Source: an uncultured delta proteobacterium (GTDB taxonomy: Bacteria > Desulfobacterota > WTBG01 > CAIYCZ01). Taken from it: a DNA stretch of 64,000 nt. Shown piece after piece: positions 1 through 11,170 of this stretch (the first letter of the stretch is position 1; each line of letters starts with the position of its first letter). The position numbers were made by a program, and so were the translations under genes. Location: assembly GCA_963803975.1 (NCBI GenBank), contig CAWDOY010000036.1, positions 1-64,000 of the forward strand, read 5' to 3'. Below the pieces are notes generated by a model. That model saw nothing but the letters and a program-made list of their open reading frames with translations, ran no database searches and had not been told where the DNA came from.

Positions 1-3000
1 GCGGACGCGGCAGTGGTGGATTCGATATGCGCTGCAATGCCGCGGATGGTGGCATGGTCAAGAAATACCTCTACGGGGATAGTAATCTTGTTCTGTTTCT
101 GCAGCCGTTCCGCGATCTGTATCAGGTTGAGAGAGGTAACGCCAAGATCAAAGATATCATCGTCAGGGTTAATGCCGGAAATGCCAAGCACGGCGATGAA
201 ATGCCCGGAGAGTTCTCTGATAAGGCCGTTATTATTTTCCCGGCACGGCGCGGAGATGGCTGCGGCAGCAAGCCGTGTGTCAGTGCCTGCCGGAACGTGC
301 TGCATGCAGGTGCCTTGCGCGCTGCCTGCGGCTGCTGACGGCAGTGTCAGCTCAGCGCCGATAAACTGAAAATCAGCAGAAGCGTCTTTCAGAATATGGG
401 CGGCAACAGCACGGATGGTCGGATTATCAAGAAAGGTCTCTACGGAAATATCGATCCCCGGTCTTTGATGGAGCTTTTCCGCAATTTGAATAAGATTGAG
501 CGAAGTGACCCCGAGGTCGAAAAAGTCATCATCGGCGGAGATTGATGCGATATCTAAAATTTCCCTGAAATAGCCTGCAAGGAGCGCTGTCAGGCTCTCC
601 CGGTCCCCTGAGACAGGGACGACTGAGGCGGCCGCCTCATGTTCCGCCGCGGGCTGTCGCAGCGGCCACGGAAGCTGTTTGCGGTCCACCTTGCCATTGG
701 GGCTGATCGGGAAGCTCTCAAGACGGGCAAACAGATTAGGCACCATGTAATCAGGCAGATAACGTGCTGCATGGGAGCGCAGCTCACGCGGCGCAGGAAG
801 AGCGCCGTTGCCGGATATGAGATATGCGACCAGCTTCTGATCGCCGCCGGGGTCCTGCTGCACGGTTACAACCGCTTCTTTTATCAATTCATGCCTTCTC
901 AAAACCTGCTCAATCTCGCCCAGCTCGATCCGGTAGCCGCGAACCTTTACCTGAAAATCGCTGCGCCCCAGGAATTCTATGGTGCCGTCCGGGAAGTACC
1001 GCGCCAGATCGCCGGTGCGGTACATGCGCTCGCCCTTTTGAGCGCTGAATGGATCAGGGATGTAACTGCGGTCAGTGAGCTCAGGCTCGTTCAGGTAGCC
1101 CCGGCTCAGGCATTCGCCGGCGATATACAGATCACCGGTAACACCGGGCGGGCACACAGCTTGATGCTCATCCAGGATGTAATAGCGGCAGTTCTGCATC
1201 GGCCTGCCGTAGGGAATGCTGCGCCAGTTGGGCTCCACGCGGTTAACCGGAAAATAATTGGACCAGACCGTGGCTTCGGTCGCGCCGCCAAGGCCCATGA
1301 CCTGCGCTCCAGGGAAAACAGCCCTGATTTCGTCAGGCAGCGTTATTGGAATCCAGTCTCCGCTGAGGAACACCTGCCGAAATCCGGTGTTTTTTACCGG
1401 CTGCGGCTGCGCATTGAGAGAAGGTATAAGAAGCTGAAGCGCTGCCGGCGCTGAATCCCAGAAGGTTATATTCTCCTCACAGAGAGTTCTGGCGAGATAG
1501 CCCGCATCACGGCGCTTGTGTTCTTCCACGATGTATATTTTTCCGCCGCAGCCGAGCATGCCGAAAATATCAAATACAGAAAGGTCAAACCCGAGAGAGG
1601 TGATAAAAAGCACGCAGTCTTGTTCGCTGAAGCTGCACGTCCGATAGACCCACTCAAAAAGATTTATTGCCGGCCGGTGCGTCACTGCCACTCCCTTAGG
1701 CCTGCCGGTGCTGCCGGAGGTGTATATGACATAGGCCAGATCATCCGGTTGAGCGGCGCGCGGGAGATTATGCCCATCATCAGCCTGCAGCATGCGCTCC
1801 CCATCCTGATCTATGAAGATGGTTGCAACTCCGGGGTGACGTGTCATCCCCGCATATCGTTCCTCGGACAGGACAGCGCTAATGCCTGAACTGTCCAGAA
1901 TAGTTGCGATGCGCTCTGCAGGCATTGATGGTTCAAGAGGCACATACGCGCATCCTGCCTTAAGGATGCCCAGCAGCCCTGCAATCATATCATGTGAACG
2001 ATCAAGGCACACTCCGACCAGCATCCCCGGCGTAACCCCCTGTTTTTGAAGATGACGGGCTATTTGGTTTGCCCGCGTATTCAGGTCAGAATAGGTTACT
2101 GTGGTGCTTTCAAAAATGGTGGCGATGGCATCAGGCTGGCGCAGAACCTGCTGTTCAAAAAGCTCGTGAATGCATGTGTCGGTATTAAATTCCCGGCGCG
2201 TATCGTTCCAGCGTTCAATAATATTCTTTTTCTCTTCAGCTGAAACAAGCGGCAGCCGGGACAGCTGTTCTCCGGGAGCAACGCCAGCGGCTTTTAAAAA
2301 AGCGCTGAACTGGTTTTTCAGGCTGAGCGCATACTGCTCATCGACCTGCACAATATCACATACCAGCAGGCAGCTTTTCCCGTTCTGCGCGACAATGAGG
2401 GCAAGCGCGGCATCCTGATGCACGCTGACGGTTTCACTATCCGCTGCATGCTCCAGCACAATGGGGTAGCGGGGCAGGGCTGCTGCGCGCAGCTCCGGGC
2501 AGCGAAGCGCGAGATCACGGGGGTAGGTTGCATGCTTCTCAGCGGATTGTATTTGAGACGCGAGCAGGGAAAGCTGCTGTGAAGCCGTCTGTTTTGTATC
2601 GATGGAGAGATGCAGGGGCAGCCTTGAAGCAAACAGGCCCTCGAATCCATTAAGCGTCTCCGTGAGTGCCGCAGGCTTATAGCCGATATAAAAATCCGCA
2701 ACCCCGGTGTGGCGCGCGAGAAAGGCGGCAAACAAAGCGCTGATATAATGCCTGAGCTCTATCCCGCATGCGGCTGCGCAATCACCCGCATCCGGCACAG
2801 CAATGGTAAAACACTTTGCCAGACGGCTTTCACGAGGCGCTCCTTCCAGGCTCATATCGGGCAGCGACAGGGGCTGCAGACAACTCAGATGTTTTCTCCA
2901 GTACGATTCATGGCAACAGGTTTCATTATAGATGCGGGTAAGGCGCTCAGCAGCATGAGGCTCCGGGCTGGTAAAACAATGCCCGCGTTTAATGCCAAAG

Positions 3001-3893
3001 GTATCGATAAGCTGCCGCATTGACAGGCATGCAGCCGTCGATGCCGGCGGCTGCGGTTATGCGCATATCACGGCTTCGCGTGGCGACGGTAATGCCCTGG
3101 TCGTCTGCTGCCACCACGGTCCCGGATGTCAGCCTGTGATGAGGACGCGAGCATGTGCATTTTCGTCACAATGATCCACGCGCTGCCAAGCAGGGTTTTG
3201 GGAACACCCAGGGGATTGGGGTAGGGGCCGAAATCAAGCGCCCGCGCCAGCGCGTCAATCTCTTCCGCAGGCGCGTCCCAGTTGATGACACACGCGGCCG
3301 CGGGGCGCCGGTAGCGCGGGTAATAGGTCCGGTCAGAAAGATTCTGCACGGTCTCAGCAGCAGTGCCTGCTGCCAGCTCCTCGATTAGTTCGGCAAACGC
3401 GTCAGCAGCAGCCTGGTAGCATTTGATGTTAAGGCTCAGCGCGGTGTCAGTATCTGCAATGGGTATCAGTTTCTGCTTGAGAATGCCGCCGGCATCAATC
3501 TTCGGCGCCATGACATGCCAGGTGATGCCGTGCGTGCGCTCCCGGTTCATGAGCGCCCAGGAGGTTGCATGGAGCCCGCCGTACCGGGGCAGGGGCGCGT
3601 CATGGAAATTTATGGACTTCTTGCGCGCAATGCGCAAGGATGTTTTCAGGCAGGACCGCATTATTGACAATGCTGAACAGGTAGTCAAACGGCTGCTGCT
3701 GCAGAAAGCCGGCAAGATCATTATCCGGGGTTGTGTGCACTATGCCGCGGGCGGAAGCCCAATGGATGAGGTCAGGATTTGGTGAAATAACCCCGTGAAT
3801 CGTGTGACCGCGGCGCAGCAGCAGTTCACAGCACTGCACCAGGAGCGTTGTTTCACCAATAACACAGCAGCTGAATTTATTGTTTGTATTCAT
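1..3893 (-). CDS. NRPS loading module: formyltransferase - degenerate condensation-like linker - adenylation domain (Cys-clade motifs) - two tandem carrier (T) domains; runs off the left edge; frameshifts near ~3625, ~3140, ~3020
   Basis: F domain INFHDAPLPRYGGLHATSWA...IDAGGIL (ORFs 3600..3893, 3068..3721). A-domain motifs LAYVIYTSGSTGRPKG, FDLSVFDIFG, LSGDWIP, LGGATEATVWS, RMYRTGDLAR, NGKVDRK are in the same minus frame as two DDD(F/I)FDLGVTSL carrier motifs at ~500-540 and ~135-170. Confidence 0.9.
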
Positions 3894-3914
3894 GCGCGGA
3901 GAAAAAAATATTGT

Positions 3915-4059
3915 TTAGCCACAGAAAACACAAAATAACACAGACATAAACTTTTAAAATCGAACAGTGCTCTAAGTTTTTATCTTCTGTGACAAATCTG
4001 TGCCGTTCAGTGGCTGAAAAAATTATTGCCACAGAAAACAGCAGAATAGCACAGAAAAT
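3915..4059. repeat. Palindromic intergenic repeat (GCCACAGAA...TTCAGTGGC with internal CACAGA/TCTGTG units)
   Basis: agccacagaa 3917-3926 pairs with ttcagtggct 4006-4015; a second gccacagaaaac starts ~4028; similar element at 55506-55668. Confidence 0.55.
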
Positions 4060-4094
4060 GTTTCTTGTTTTAGACTTCAGGCTACCTCTTAAAA

Positions 4095-4172
4095 TGTCAT
4101 TCCCGTGAAAACGGGAATCTATAACCAATTGAAATTACTGGACTCCCGCTGGAGTTTACACTCATGCAATGA
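4095..4172. repeat. REP/MITE-like palindrome TGTCATTCCCG-GAAA-CGGGAATC
   Basis: tgtcattcccgtgaaaacgggaatct hairpin; related element at 51631-51710. Confidence 0.6.
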
Positions 4173-4185
4173 AAAAGTTATAAAA

Positions 4186-5184
4186 TCACAAGACGTCTTT
4201 GCAGGTTAGATTCAGTTTCGCCAGGGCCAGCTCGATCTGTTTCTCGGTAATAGGCGTTTCAATAATTTCGAGTGCCCGCTCGCGCGACATTTCGTTATTT
4301 CTTACCAGGGCGCTGATTTCCGCCTCGTGCTGGGAATAGCCGAAATAATCTACGGTGAGCGACTGGGATACGAAGTTGAACAGGCAGTTTGTTGAGCCCT
4401 GCGGCCAGCTGATGCTGGGAAGCGTGTAGCCCAGCTCTCCGGTGAGGACGCTGAGAATCTCCTTTTCTTCGTAGATAAGATAGTGAAAAGGCGCGACCTG
4501 CGTGATGGAGCTGAAGTTTTTATGAAAATAGAGCGCAAGGCTGGCAAACATATCTGCAACCTGCTTGAATTCAGGCTGGCCGTCAATCGCCCGCAGCAGA
4601 TTAGCGTCTGATGCGCGGTAAATCCAGAAGAGCTCAGTTCCCTTTAAGAATTCCTGGCCTTTGGTAAGCCCGGTGATGAGCAGCGGGATTCCCTGCTGCC
4701 GGGCGATTGCGCGCAGGTAGTAATCAATCAGGGCGTTGCATATGCGGCAGTAATAGACCCGGCTTTTGCTCAGCAGGAGGTGTTTAAAGAGTTTTTTTAT
4801 AAGCTGCGGAGCGTAGATGAGAAGGTCAACGCCCAGCTTATCCGTGGCATTGCGCACATTGCTGTACATCGCCTCAGTGCAGAAGCCATTGTCGATAAAG
4901 ACAGCAAGCGGCCGGAGCTCAAGCTCTTTAACCGTTACGTACAGTGCCATGGTGCTGTCCTTGCCTCCGGAAAGTGCTACCAGTGCATCATAGGCGCTGT
5001 CTGCTGCTGCCTTTGATTCCTGAACCTTTTTCCGCAGGTCGGCCAGACCATTGTGAACAAACGGGGAGCCTTCTTTTTGCTGCTGGTGCAAGTGCTTATT
5101 GCAGATGTTGCAGATTCCGTTATCATCGAGGGCAATATGGCCCTCTGTTTCCGGCATGACACAGTGAGCGCAGCGTTTAAGCAT
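4186..5184 (-). CDS. PP-loop (N-type) ATP pyrophosphatase; OzmP/CongE-like cyclodehydratase or WbuX-like N-acetyl-sugar amidotransferase family
   Basis: LSGGKDS motif; N-terminal CxxC...CxxC and internal CRIC; directly upstream of the F-A-T NRPS on the same strand. Confidence 0.75.
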   Translation of the reverse strand: MLKRCAHCVMPETEGHIALDDNGICNICNKHLHQQQKEGSPFVHNGLADLRKKVQESKAAADSAYDALVALSGGKDSTMALYVTVKELELRPLAVFIDNGFCTEAMYSNVRNATDKLGVDLLIYAPQLIKKLFKHLLLSKSRVYYCRICNALIDYYLRAIARQQGIPLLITGLTKGQEFLKGTELFWIYRASDANLLRAIDGQPEFKQVADMFASLALYFHKNFSSITQVAPFHYLIYEEKEILSVLTGELGYTLPSISWPQGSTNCLFNFVSQSLTVDYFGYSQHEAEISALVRNNEMSRERALEIIETPITEKQIELALAKLNLTCKDVL

Positions 5185-5345
5185 GGGATGCGTTTACCTG
5201 AGGTAATAATTATATACAACACAGAAACGTACCTGAAAGGGTAGCTAATAGTATAACATGAAACGAGGCACTATATAATAGAGGGCCTTTAAAAAAACGG
5301 CATGAATATGCCCCGTACGGAACGCACAGGGCGCATCTAAAACTA

Positions 5346-5383
5346 TAAAAAGAAAGAGGGCTGCTGCGGATGCAACAGCCCCC
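5346..5383 (-). terminator. Intrinsic terminator after the PQQ-repeat gene
   Basis: gggctgctgc/gcaacagccc stem followed on the minus strand by a U-rich tract. Confidence 0.55.
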
Positions 5384-5394
5384 GAATGGATATT

Positions 5395-7331
5395 TTACTG
5401 CATTGACAGCTCAAGTGCCGGAAGTATTGCTGCCAGGATGACCCCGAAAACTTTTCCCGCCGCCGGGTGCTGTTCGCAGAACGGGATGCACTGTTTACCA
5501 TATTCATAATAAGCGGTTATCACGCTTCTTCCCATGGCAGAACCTGCGAGGACTTCGTCACGAAAACGCCGGGCTACAGCAAGCCGATGATCCGACTTAC
5601 CCAGCAGGGCGGTGGCAAGACATTTTTGCTCTTCAGGAGAACCGGTGCGGGTGTTATTCCTGCGGAACATGGGCCATGATTCCTGCTCTTCATCAGGAGC
5701 TTTCAGACAGTACAGTTTATTATCAAAGCTGCCCACATAAACGCGGCCATCTGCGACTGCCGGCGAAGAATAGACCGAGCCGCCGGTCTTGAAATTCCAC
5801 ACCTTGGTGCCGTATTTGGCATCAAGACAGTACACATTAGCTGTCGTTGCTGCCTATATAGACATAATCACTGGTTGCCGCGGGAGAGGACTGGACCGGC
5901 TCTGAAGTGGTAAACTCCCAGGCCTTGGCGCCTGTTTCCGCATCGATGCAGTAGACCTTGCTGTCAAGACTCGCGAAATAGACAAAGCCCCGGGTCGTGA
6001 CCGCGGGCGAGGAAAAGACAATATCCCCGGTTTTAAAATCCCACAGCTTATCTCCGGTTTTTGCGTCAAGGCAGTAAAAGTAGTTGTCCTTGCTGCCGAA
6101 GTAGATTTTGCCCTTATATATGGCGGGTGAGGGTGGTATGTCACCATCAGTCGCAAAGGTCCACACCGTGCTCCCGGTTTTGGCATCAAGGCAGTACATC
6201 TTGTAATCAACACCGCCCACGTATACATAGCCATTCGCGACCGCCGGTGTGGAGTACACATCATTGGCAGTTTCAAATTCCCATATCTTGCTGCCATCCT
6301 GAGCATTGAGGCAATAGACCTTGTTATCGTAGCTGCCCACGTATACATTGCCGTTTGCGAGAGCAGGAGAGGATTGTACCGCGTCCCCGGTTTTAAATTC
6401 CCAGACTTTACTGCCGTTCTGCGCATCCAGACAGTACACCTTGCTGTCATTGCTTCCGACATATACACGCCCGTCAGACACTGCCGGACATGAAAACACC
6501 GCATTGCCGGTTTCAAATTCCCATGACTTTGCTGCCGTCCTGTTCGCTCAAGCAGTAGACTTTTTTATCCGCGCTGCCAAAATAGACATACCCATTATCT
6601 ATTGCTGGGGATGATAAAACGGTATTACCAGTCGGGAATTCCCATGCGACCCGCTCCGGGTCACCAACACCGCGCACTTGAAGACTGCACTGTATTTTTT
6701 CATTGCCGGTAGTAACAATGACGGCGCAGACAGTGTCTGCGGCATTCTCTGCAATGTTGATGGATGCAACAATCTTGGTGGGGGACAGTACATCGGCTGC
6801 TACAAGTTGAACCTCCGCGCAGTCAAATGAAACAGCCGTTGTTTCATCAAAATTTGTTTCTGTGCCGTTGATGGTCAATTCAAGTGCCGCAGCGCCGGCT
6901 GCGGCAAAGGGCGGCTGCAGCCCGCCGCAACGGGGTCCTGAAACACGCTTGGTGCCGCTTGCAATGCCGTAGTCCGTAAACAGCGTACCACTCACAAACG
7001 CATCACCTGCACCATTCGGCTCCAGAACATGCTTGCCCATGTCCTGGCCGAGCTGGGAAGATTCAGTGTACGTGAATCCGGGCATAAAGGTGACGGTGAT
7101 GATCTGAAACGGGAAGCTTGCACCGCCGGCCACGGGTGTGCTCGCCCCTTTGGCCTGACAGGGAATGTTTTTTGAAGTGCCGGTGATGATTTCATCAATT
7201 ACCCAGACGTACGATGACCCGTCTTCATACACCACGTCCCATGTTCCAAGCCAGACGTCGCACTCGGTAGCGGAATAAGCGGAGCCGCTGAGCAGCAGAA
7301 ACAAAGTAAAAAAACAAACAGCTTTTTTCAT
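5395..7331 (-). CDS. Secreted PQQ-binding-like (BamB-type) beta-propeller repeat protein with C-terminal CFI-box-CTERM-like sorting domain; frameshifts at ~6515 and ~5836
   Basis: Signal peptide; repeated W.F.TG..V.SSPAV..G.VYVGS.D.KVYCLDA units over ORFs 6513..7331, 5837..6499 and 5395..5835; C-terminal CLATALLG...RRFRDEVLA...YY. Confidence 0.85.
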
Positions 7332-7599
7332 GGCATCTACCTCCTGTAATAATGGTTAAAGGCTATTTGCCGATCAACCTTTTCGTCGTCACGTCCAGCG
7401 GACCGACAAAGGTGCTTGTGCCGGAAGAACTGACGCACTTAATCTTATAACAAATATATTCTCCTATACAACAGGTAATTAGCCGGTGCATGAGAGATGC
7501 TTTTACCGTGTCCAATAACAGTTACCGGATAACCTCCACGACTGCATACTACTACTTATTATTGCGGCCAGCTCAATAGGGGAAGGGCTATATTTTTCA

Positions 7600-7617
7600 G
7601 TAGGGGAATCCCCTATG
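7600..7617. promoter_or_regulatory. Palindromic site GTAGGGGAATCCCCTATG (putative NarL/LuxR-family response regulator box)
   Basis: Identical 18-mer at 28591-28608; variant at 37638-37654. Confidence 0.6.
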
Positions 7618-7648
7618 TTTCTATATATTTACCGAGGCTGAAGTTTTC

Positions 7649-7692
7649 TCTTGACATAGCCGGCATGCTTGATTATATATGAGTATACTCAC
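7649..7692 (+). promoter_or_regulatory. sigma70-type promoter (TTGACA) with operator ATGAGTATACTCAC (putative TetR site)
   Basis: TCTTGACATA-N14-TTATATATGAG-N4-CTCA; same geometry at 45837-45881 (+) and 37793-37836 (-). Confidence 0.7.
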
Positions 7693-7902
7693 GAAAAAAC
7701 ATACGGGAAATACGGGTTGTTATTTTTAACCATCTCCCTATGACACGTGATATAAGAAAAAAACAGCTTTCCGCATGAACGGTACGGAGCATAATTCCCC
7801 TGGAAGATATTCCATTCTATAGATCAACACCAGCAGGTGAAAAAATAGAGAACGTGAGAACACATTAAAACATAAAACACCTTTTAGATCTGGAGAGCAT
7901 GT

Positions 7903-9387
7903 ATGAGCACATCTGTTACAACATTGAGCACCATGATTGAGGCGATTGCAGGAGTAGTTGGAAAGGAGAACGCCATTACTGACGGCGCAGCCCTGAAGAA
8001 GTACTCCAGCGACACGAGCTTAATGACGCCCCGCATGCCTGATATGGTGGTAAAGGTTAAAAACACCGCTCAGGTACAGGGTGTAATCAAGATTGCCAAT
8101 GAAAACAATTACCCCGTTGTTCCCCGCAGTTCCGGTACCGGTACCTATGGAACGGGCATTCCGAAAGAAGGAGGGATGATACTCGATCTGTCCGGCATGA
8201 AGCGGATACCGCGCACCGATACCCGTAACCGGTGGGTGCTGATCGAGCCCGGCGTTACCTTCGGGGAGTTGAAAGCTGAGCTGGACAAACACGGCATGCA
8301 GGCCCTGAATACGCTGCTGCCGCGCAAGGACAAGTCGGTTATAACCAGCGTGCTGGAGCGGGAGCCGGTGCTTACCGCTAAAACCGAATGCGATGAGCCG
8401 CTCAGAACCATGGAGATTGTGTGGGGAACCGGAGAGCTCTTCAGAACCGGCGCCATGGCTGTTGATGCCATGCCCGCGGAAGAGATACCTGACAAAACCA
8501 AATCCGATTTGTGCAGCGTCGGCGGCCCCGGTATTGACTGGTGGCGGATGATGACCGGATGTCAGGGCACCTTCGGGGTAATCACGATAATGAATGTCAA
8601 AATATTTCACAAGCCGCTCCTGGAGAAGCTGGTATTCCTGCCGTTCAATACGCTGGAAGACGCGGTGATGCCGTTCTACACCATACAGCGGCGCGAAATC
8701 GGGCATGAGTGCTTTCTTCTGAACGGATATAACCTGGCAGCGATCCTGGCAGAGAGTGACGACGAAATTCCCGCCCTTGCACGCAAGCTTCCTCCGTACT
8801 GCATTGTGCTGAACCTCTGGGGCGGACAATTTTTCCCCGAGGACCGCATCGCCTATGAGGAAAAGGCTGTTGCCGAAATCGCAGACCAGTACAAATGCGC
8901 GGTGACGCAGGGAATCGCTGCGATTCCTGCTGCAAGCGAGCGCCTGCAAGGCATGCTGAACGGCCCCTGGGAGGCAGACGTATACTGGAAAGAACGGCAG
9001 ATGGGCGGATGCCTGGACGTTGTTTTTGAGAGCGGCATGGATAAAGTCCCCGCCTACTGGAACCTGTTTAAACAGCTGGCTGGAGAGAGCGGATTAGCGA
9101 CCAATGACCTCGGTCTGTATATTCAGCCCAGGCAAAGGGCTCGCGTCTGTCACGTTGAATTCACTATTCCCTGTGACCCGGCAGGCGCCGGCATCGAAAA
9201 GATCAAGGCGTTTCATAAAAACGCCAGCGAGGCAGTTATGAATGCAGGAGCATTCTTCTATAGGCCATACTATGACTGGGCCGACATGATTTATTCCCGT
9301 TCCGGCTATACCTTTGAGACAATCAAGAAGCTGAAAAAGATTATTGACCCGAACAGAACGCTCAATCCGGGAAGAATTAATCTGTAA
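7903..9387 (+). CDS. FAD-binding oxidoreductase (VAO/PCMH, GlcD/GlcE-like)
   Basis: PDMVVKV...VVPRSSGTG...LDLSGMKRI...IEPGVTFGEL; GCQGTFGVIT; C-terminal IDPNRTLNPG. Confidence 0.9.
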   Translation: MSTSVTTLSTMIEAIAGVVGKENAITDGAALKKYSSDTSLMTPRMPDMVVKVKNTAQVQGVIKIANENNYPVVPRSSGTGTYGTGIPKEGGMILDLSGMKRIPRTDTRNRWVLIEPGVTFGELKAELDKHGMQALNTLLPRKDKSVITSVLEREPVLTAKTECDEPLRTMEIVWGTGELFRTGAMAVDAMPAEEIPDKTKSDLCSVGGPGIDWWRMMTGCQGTFGVITIMNVKIFHKPLLEKLVFLPFNTLEDAVMPFYTIQRREIGHECFLLNGYNLAAILAESDDEIPALARKLPPYCIVLNLWGGQFFPEDRIAYEEKAVAEIADQYKCAVTQGIAAIPAASERLQGMLNGPWEADVYWKERQMGGCLDVVFESGMDKVPAYWNLFKQLAGESGLATNDLGLYIQPRQRARVCHVEFTIPCDPAGAGIEKIKAFHKNASEAVMNAGAFFYRPYYDWADMIYSRSGYTFETIKKLKKIIDPNRTLNPGRINL

Positions 9388-9448
9388 TAAAAGGTCACGG
9401 CCACAAGGTGCGGCTGTTAAGCAAATTCCAGAAATAAGGAGAAGAAAA

Positions 9449-11140
9449 ATGGCTTTTTCAGAAATAGCTCTTAGAGCATTGAAGGATGTGGTTGGAGATG
9501 AACATGTGAGCGACGATCCGGTAATCTGCCAGTCCTACTCGCGCGTGCAGTGGACTGCCGACGGCTGTATCCAGCGCTCACAGCTCGGGACGCAGATGCG
9601 GCCCACCTGCGTGGTGCTGCCCGATTCCACCGAAGAAGTTCAGGCCATCGTGAAACTGGCTAACCGCTATCAGTTCGTTTTTATTCCCCGCGGCTCCGGC
9701 ATGATCAACAGCGCGTTCCCCAACCCGGCGCAGGCCATGGCGGGCAAAGGGGTGATCATTGTGGACCCCAAGCGGATGGACAAGATCATAAAGGTCGACA
9801 AGAATAACATGTACATGGTTATAGAGCCCTATGTGAACTTTGCCTCCTGTCAGGCAGAGGCAATGAAAGTAGGATGTACTTTTCCGTCTCCCCCTGCAGG
9901 AGCTCAGGTTTCAGCACTGGCAAACATTCAGTGGCACGGTGCCTACGGTAATTCATGGCTGTCGGCACTCGGTGCTCACCAGCTCCTCTCCTTTGAGGTG
10001 GTCCTGCCGAACGGGGAGATACTGCGCAGCGGCTCCATCGCCCAGGCCGGATCTGACGACTGGATCTGGAATGACGGTCCGGGCCCTGATTTGCGCGGAT
10101 TCTTCCGTGGTGCCCAGTTCGGCCATGCCGGCGGCATGGGAATGGTCACCAAAATTTCCACGCGCCTGTTCCCCTGGCCTGGTCCGGTGGTGTTCCCGAC
10201 TCAGGGAAACGCAGTTGACAAGGAATCCTTCTTCCCGATGGATAAAGTCAGGTGGTATATGATTGATTTCCCTGCAGCCATTAAAGCCTATCCGGACAAA
10301 GAGGAAGAGCAGCTGCGCTGGGCATGTGACCTGCACTATGAAATAGCGCGCGCAGAGCTGGCAATTGTCGTGCAGCACAATGCCAAGCAGTTTATGTGGA
10401 CCTGGGCTGCCCGCAGCAAGGAAGAATTCCACAAGGGTGCTAACGAGGACTTTTTCCCGCATGGTTACAATATCGTGGCCCTCTCCGCTATAACGTCTGT
10501 TGAGCAGCTTGAATATGAAGAAAAAGTGCTGAAGCACATTGTGGAAAAGATGGGCGGGACCTTCCTCTCCGAAAAATCGCCCGATCCCCTGGACCGCGAA
10601 CGGTACAAAGTGTGGATGCGGGTAACCAATGACTGGATCAGAACCGCTCACTCCATGCGCCTGAGCCGTCCCACGGACTGTTTTCATCAGGGTACCGCGT
10701 GTCTTGATTCCATCGATACGGTGGCAGAGGAAATACTGCGTGCCAACCGCGTTCAGAGAAAAATGCGCGAGGCAGGAAAGGGCCAGAACCTTCTTCCCAT
10801 CAGCTTCCATGGCGGCTGGATCAGCCCCCTGGAGAAGGGCTACGGCGCTCTGATGACCACTGACCTGTGGCCGGAGCAGGAGCCGGAGAAAGCTGCCGAA
10901 GCCATTCAGTTCCTCCTGTCATCGCTGGTGGGGATGCTCGGAGAAAAGTGTGCGGGAGCAACCGTATGTCTTCTCGGGCCGGCCTATGATCTGCTCGGTC
11001 CGCAGTTCTTTAACGTACACCTGCTGGTCAAGGCAATGAAGCGCGAGTTTGACCCGAATAATATTTCCAATCCGCCCTACGCGACATCGCCGGATGTAGT
11101 AGACCCGATACAGCTTGCAGAAATGACCAAGGTTCTGTAG
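9449..11140 (+). CDS. FAD-binding oxidoreductase (VAO/PCMH family)
   Basis: PTCVVLPDSTEEVQAIVKLAN, IPRGSG, EVVLPNGEILRSGS, GMGMVTK, FDPNNISNP; start at ATG 9449 after AAGGAG. Confidence 0.9.
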   Translation: MAFSEIALRALKDVVGDEHVSDDPVICQSYSRVQWTADGCIQRSQLGTQMRPTCVVLPDSTEEVQAIVKLANRYQFVFIPRGSGMINSAFPNPAQAMAGKGVIIVDPKRMDKIIKVDKNNMYMVIEPYVNFASCQAEAMKVGCTFPSPPAGAQVSALANIQWHGAYGNSWLSALGAHQLLSFEVVLPNGEILRSGSIAQAGSDDWIWNDGPGPDLRGFFRGAQFGHAGGMGMVTKISTRLFPWPGPVVFPTQGNAVDKESFFPMDKVRWYMIDFPAAIKAYPDKEEEQLRWACDLHYEIARAELAIVVQHNAKQFMWTWAARSKEEFHKGANEDFFPHGYNIVALSAITSVEQLEYEEKVLKHIVEKMGGTFLSEKSPDPLDRERYKVWMRVTNDWIRTAHSMRLSRPTDCFHQGTACLDSIDTVAEEILRANRVQRKMREAGKGQNLLPISFHGGWISPLEKGYGALMTTDLWPEQEPEKAAEAIQFLLSSLVGMLGEKCAGATVCLLGPAYDLLGPQFFNVHLLVKAMKREFDPNNISNPPYATSPDVVDPIQLAEMTKVL

Positions 11141-11170
11141 CAATGCATAACATAACAAAGGAGAACGAGT

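Noticed and set aside
639..1454. 271-aa plus-strand ORF and neighbouring plus-strand ORFs
   Set aside because: Antisense shadow of the NRPS A domain, whose own frame is missing from the track because it runs off the window edge.
5700..6650. Regular ~120-bp repeats suggestive of a CRISPR or other array
   Set aside because: They are degenerate coding repeats of propeller blades; no identical repeat-spacer structure and no cas genes.
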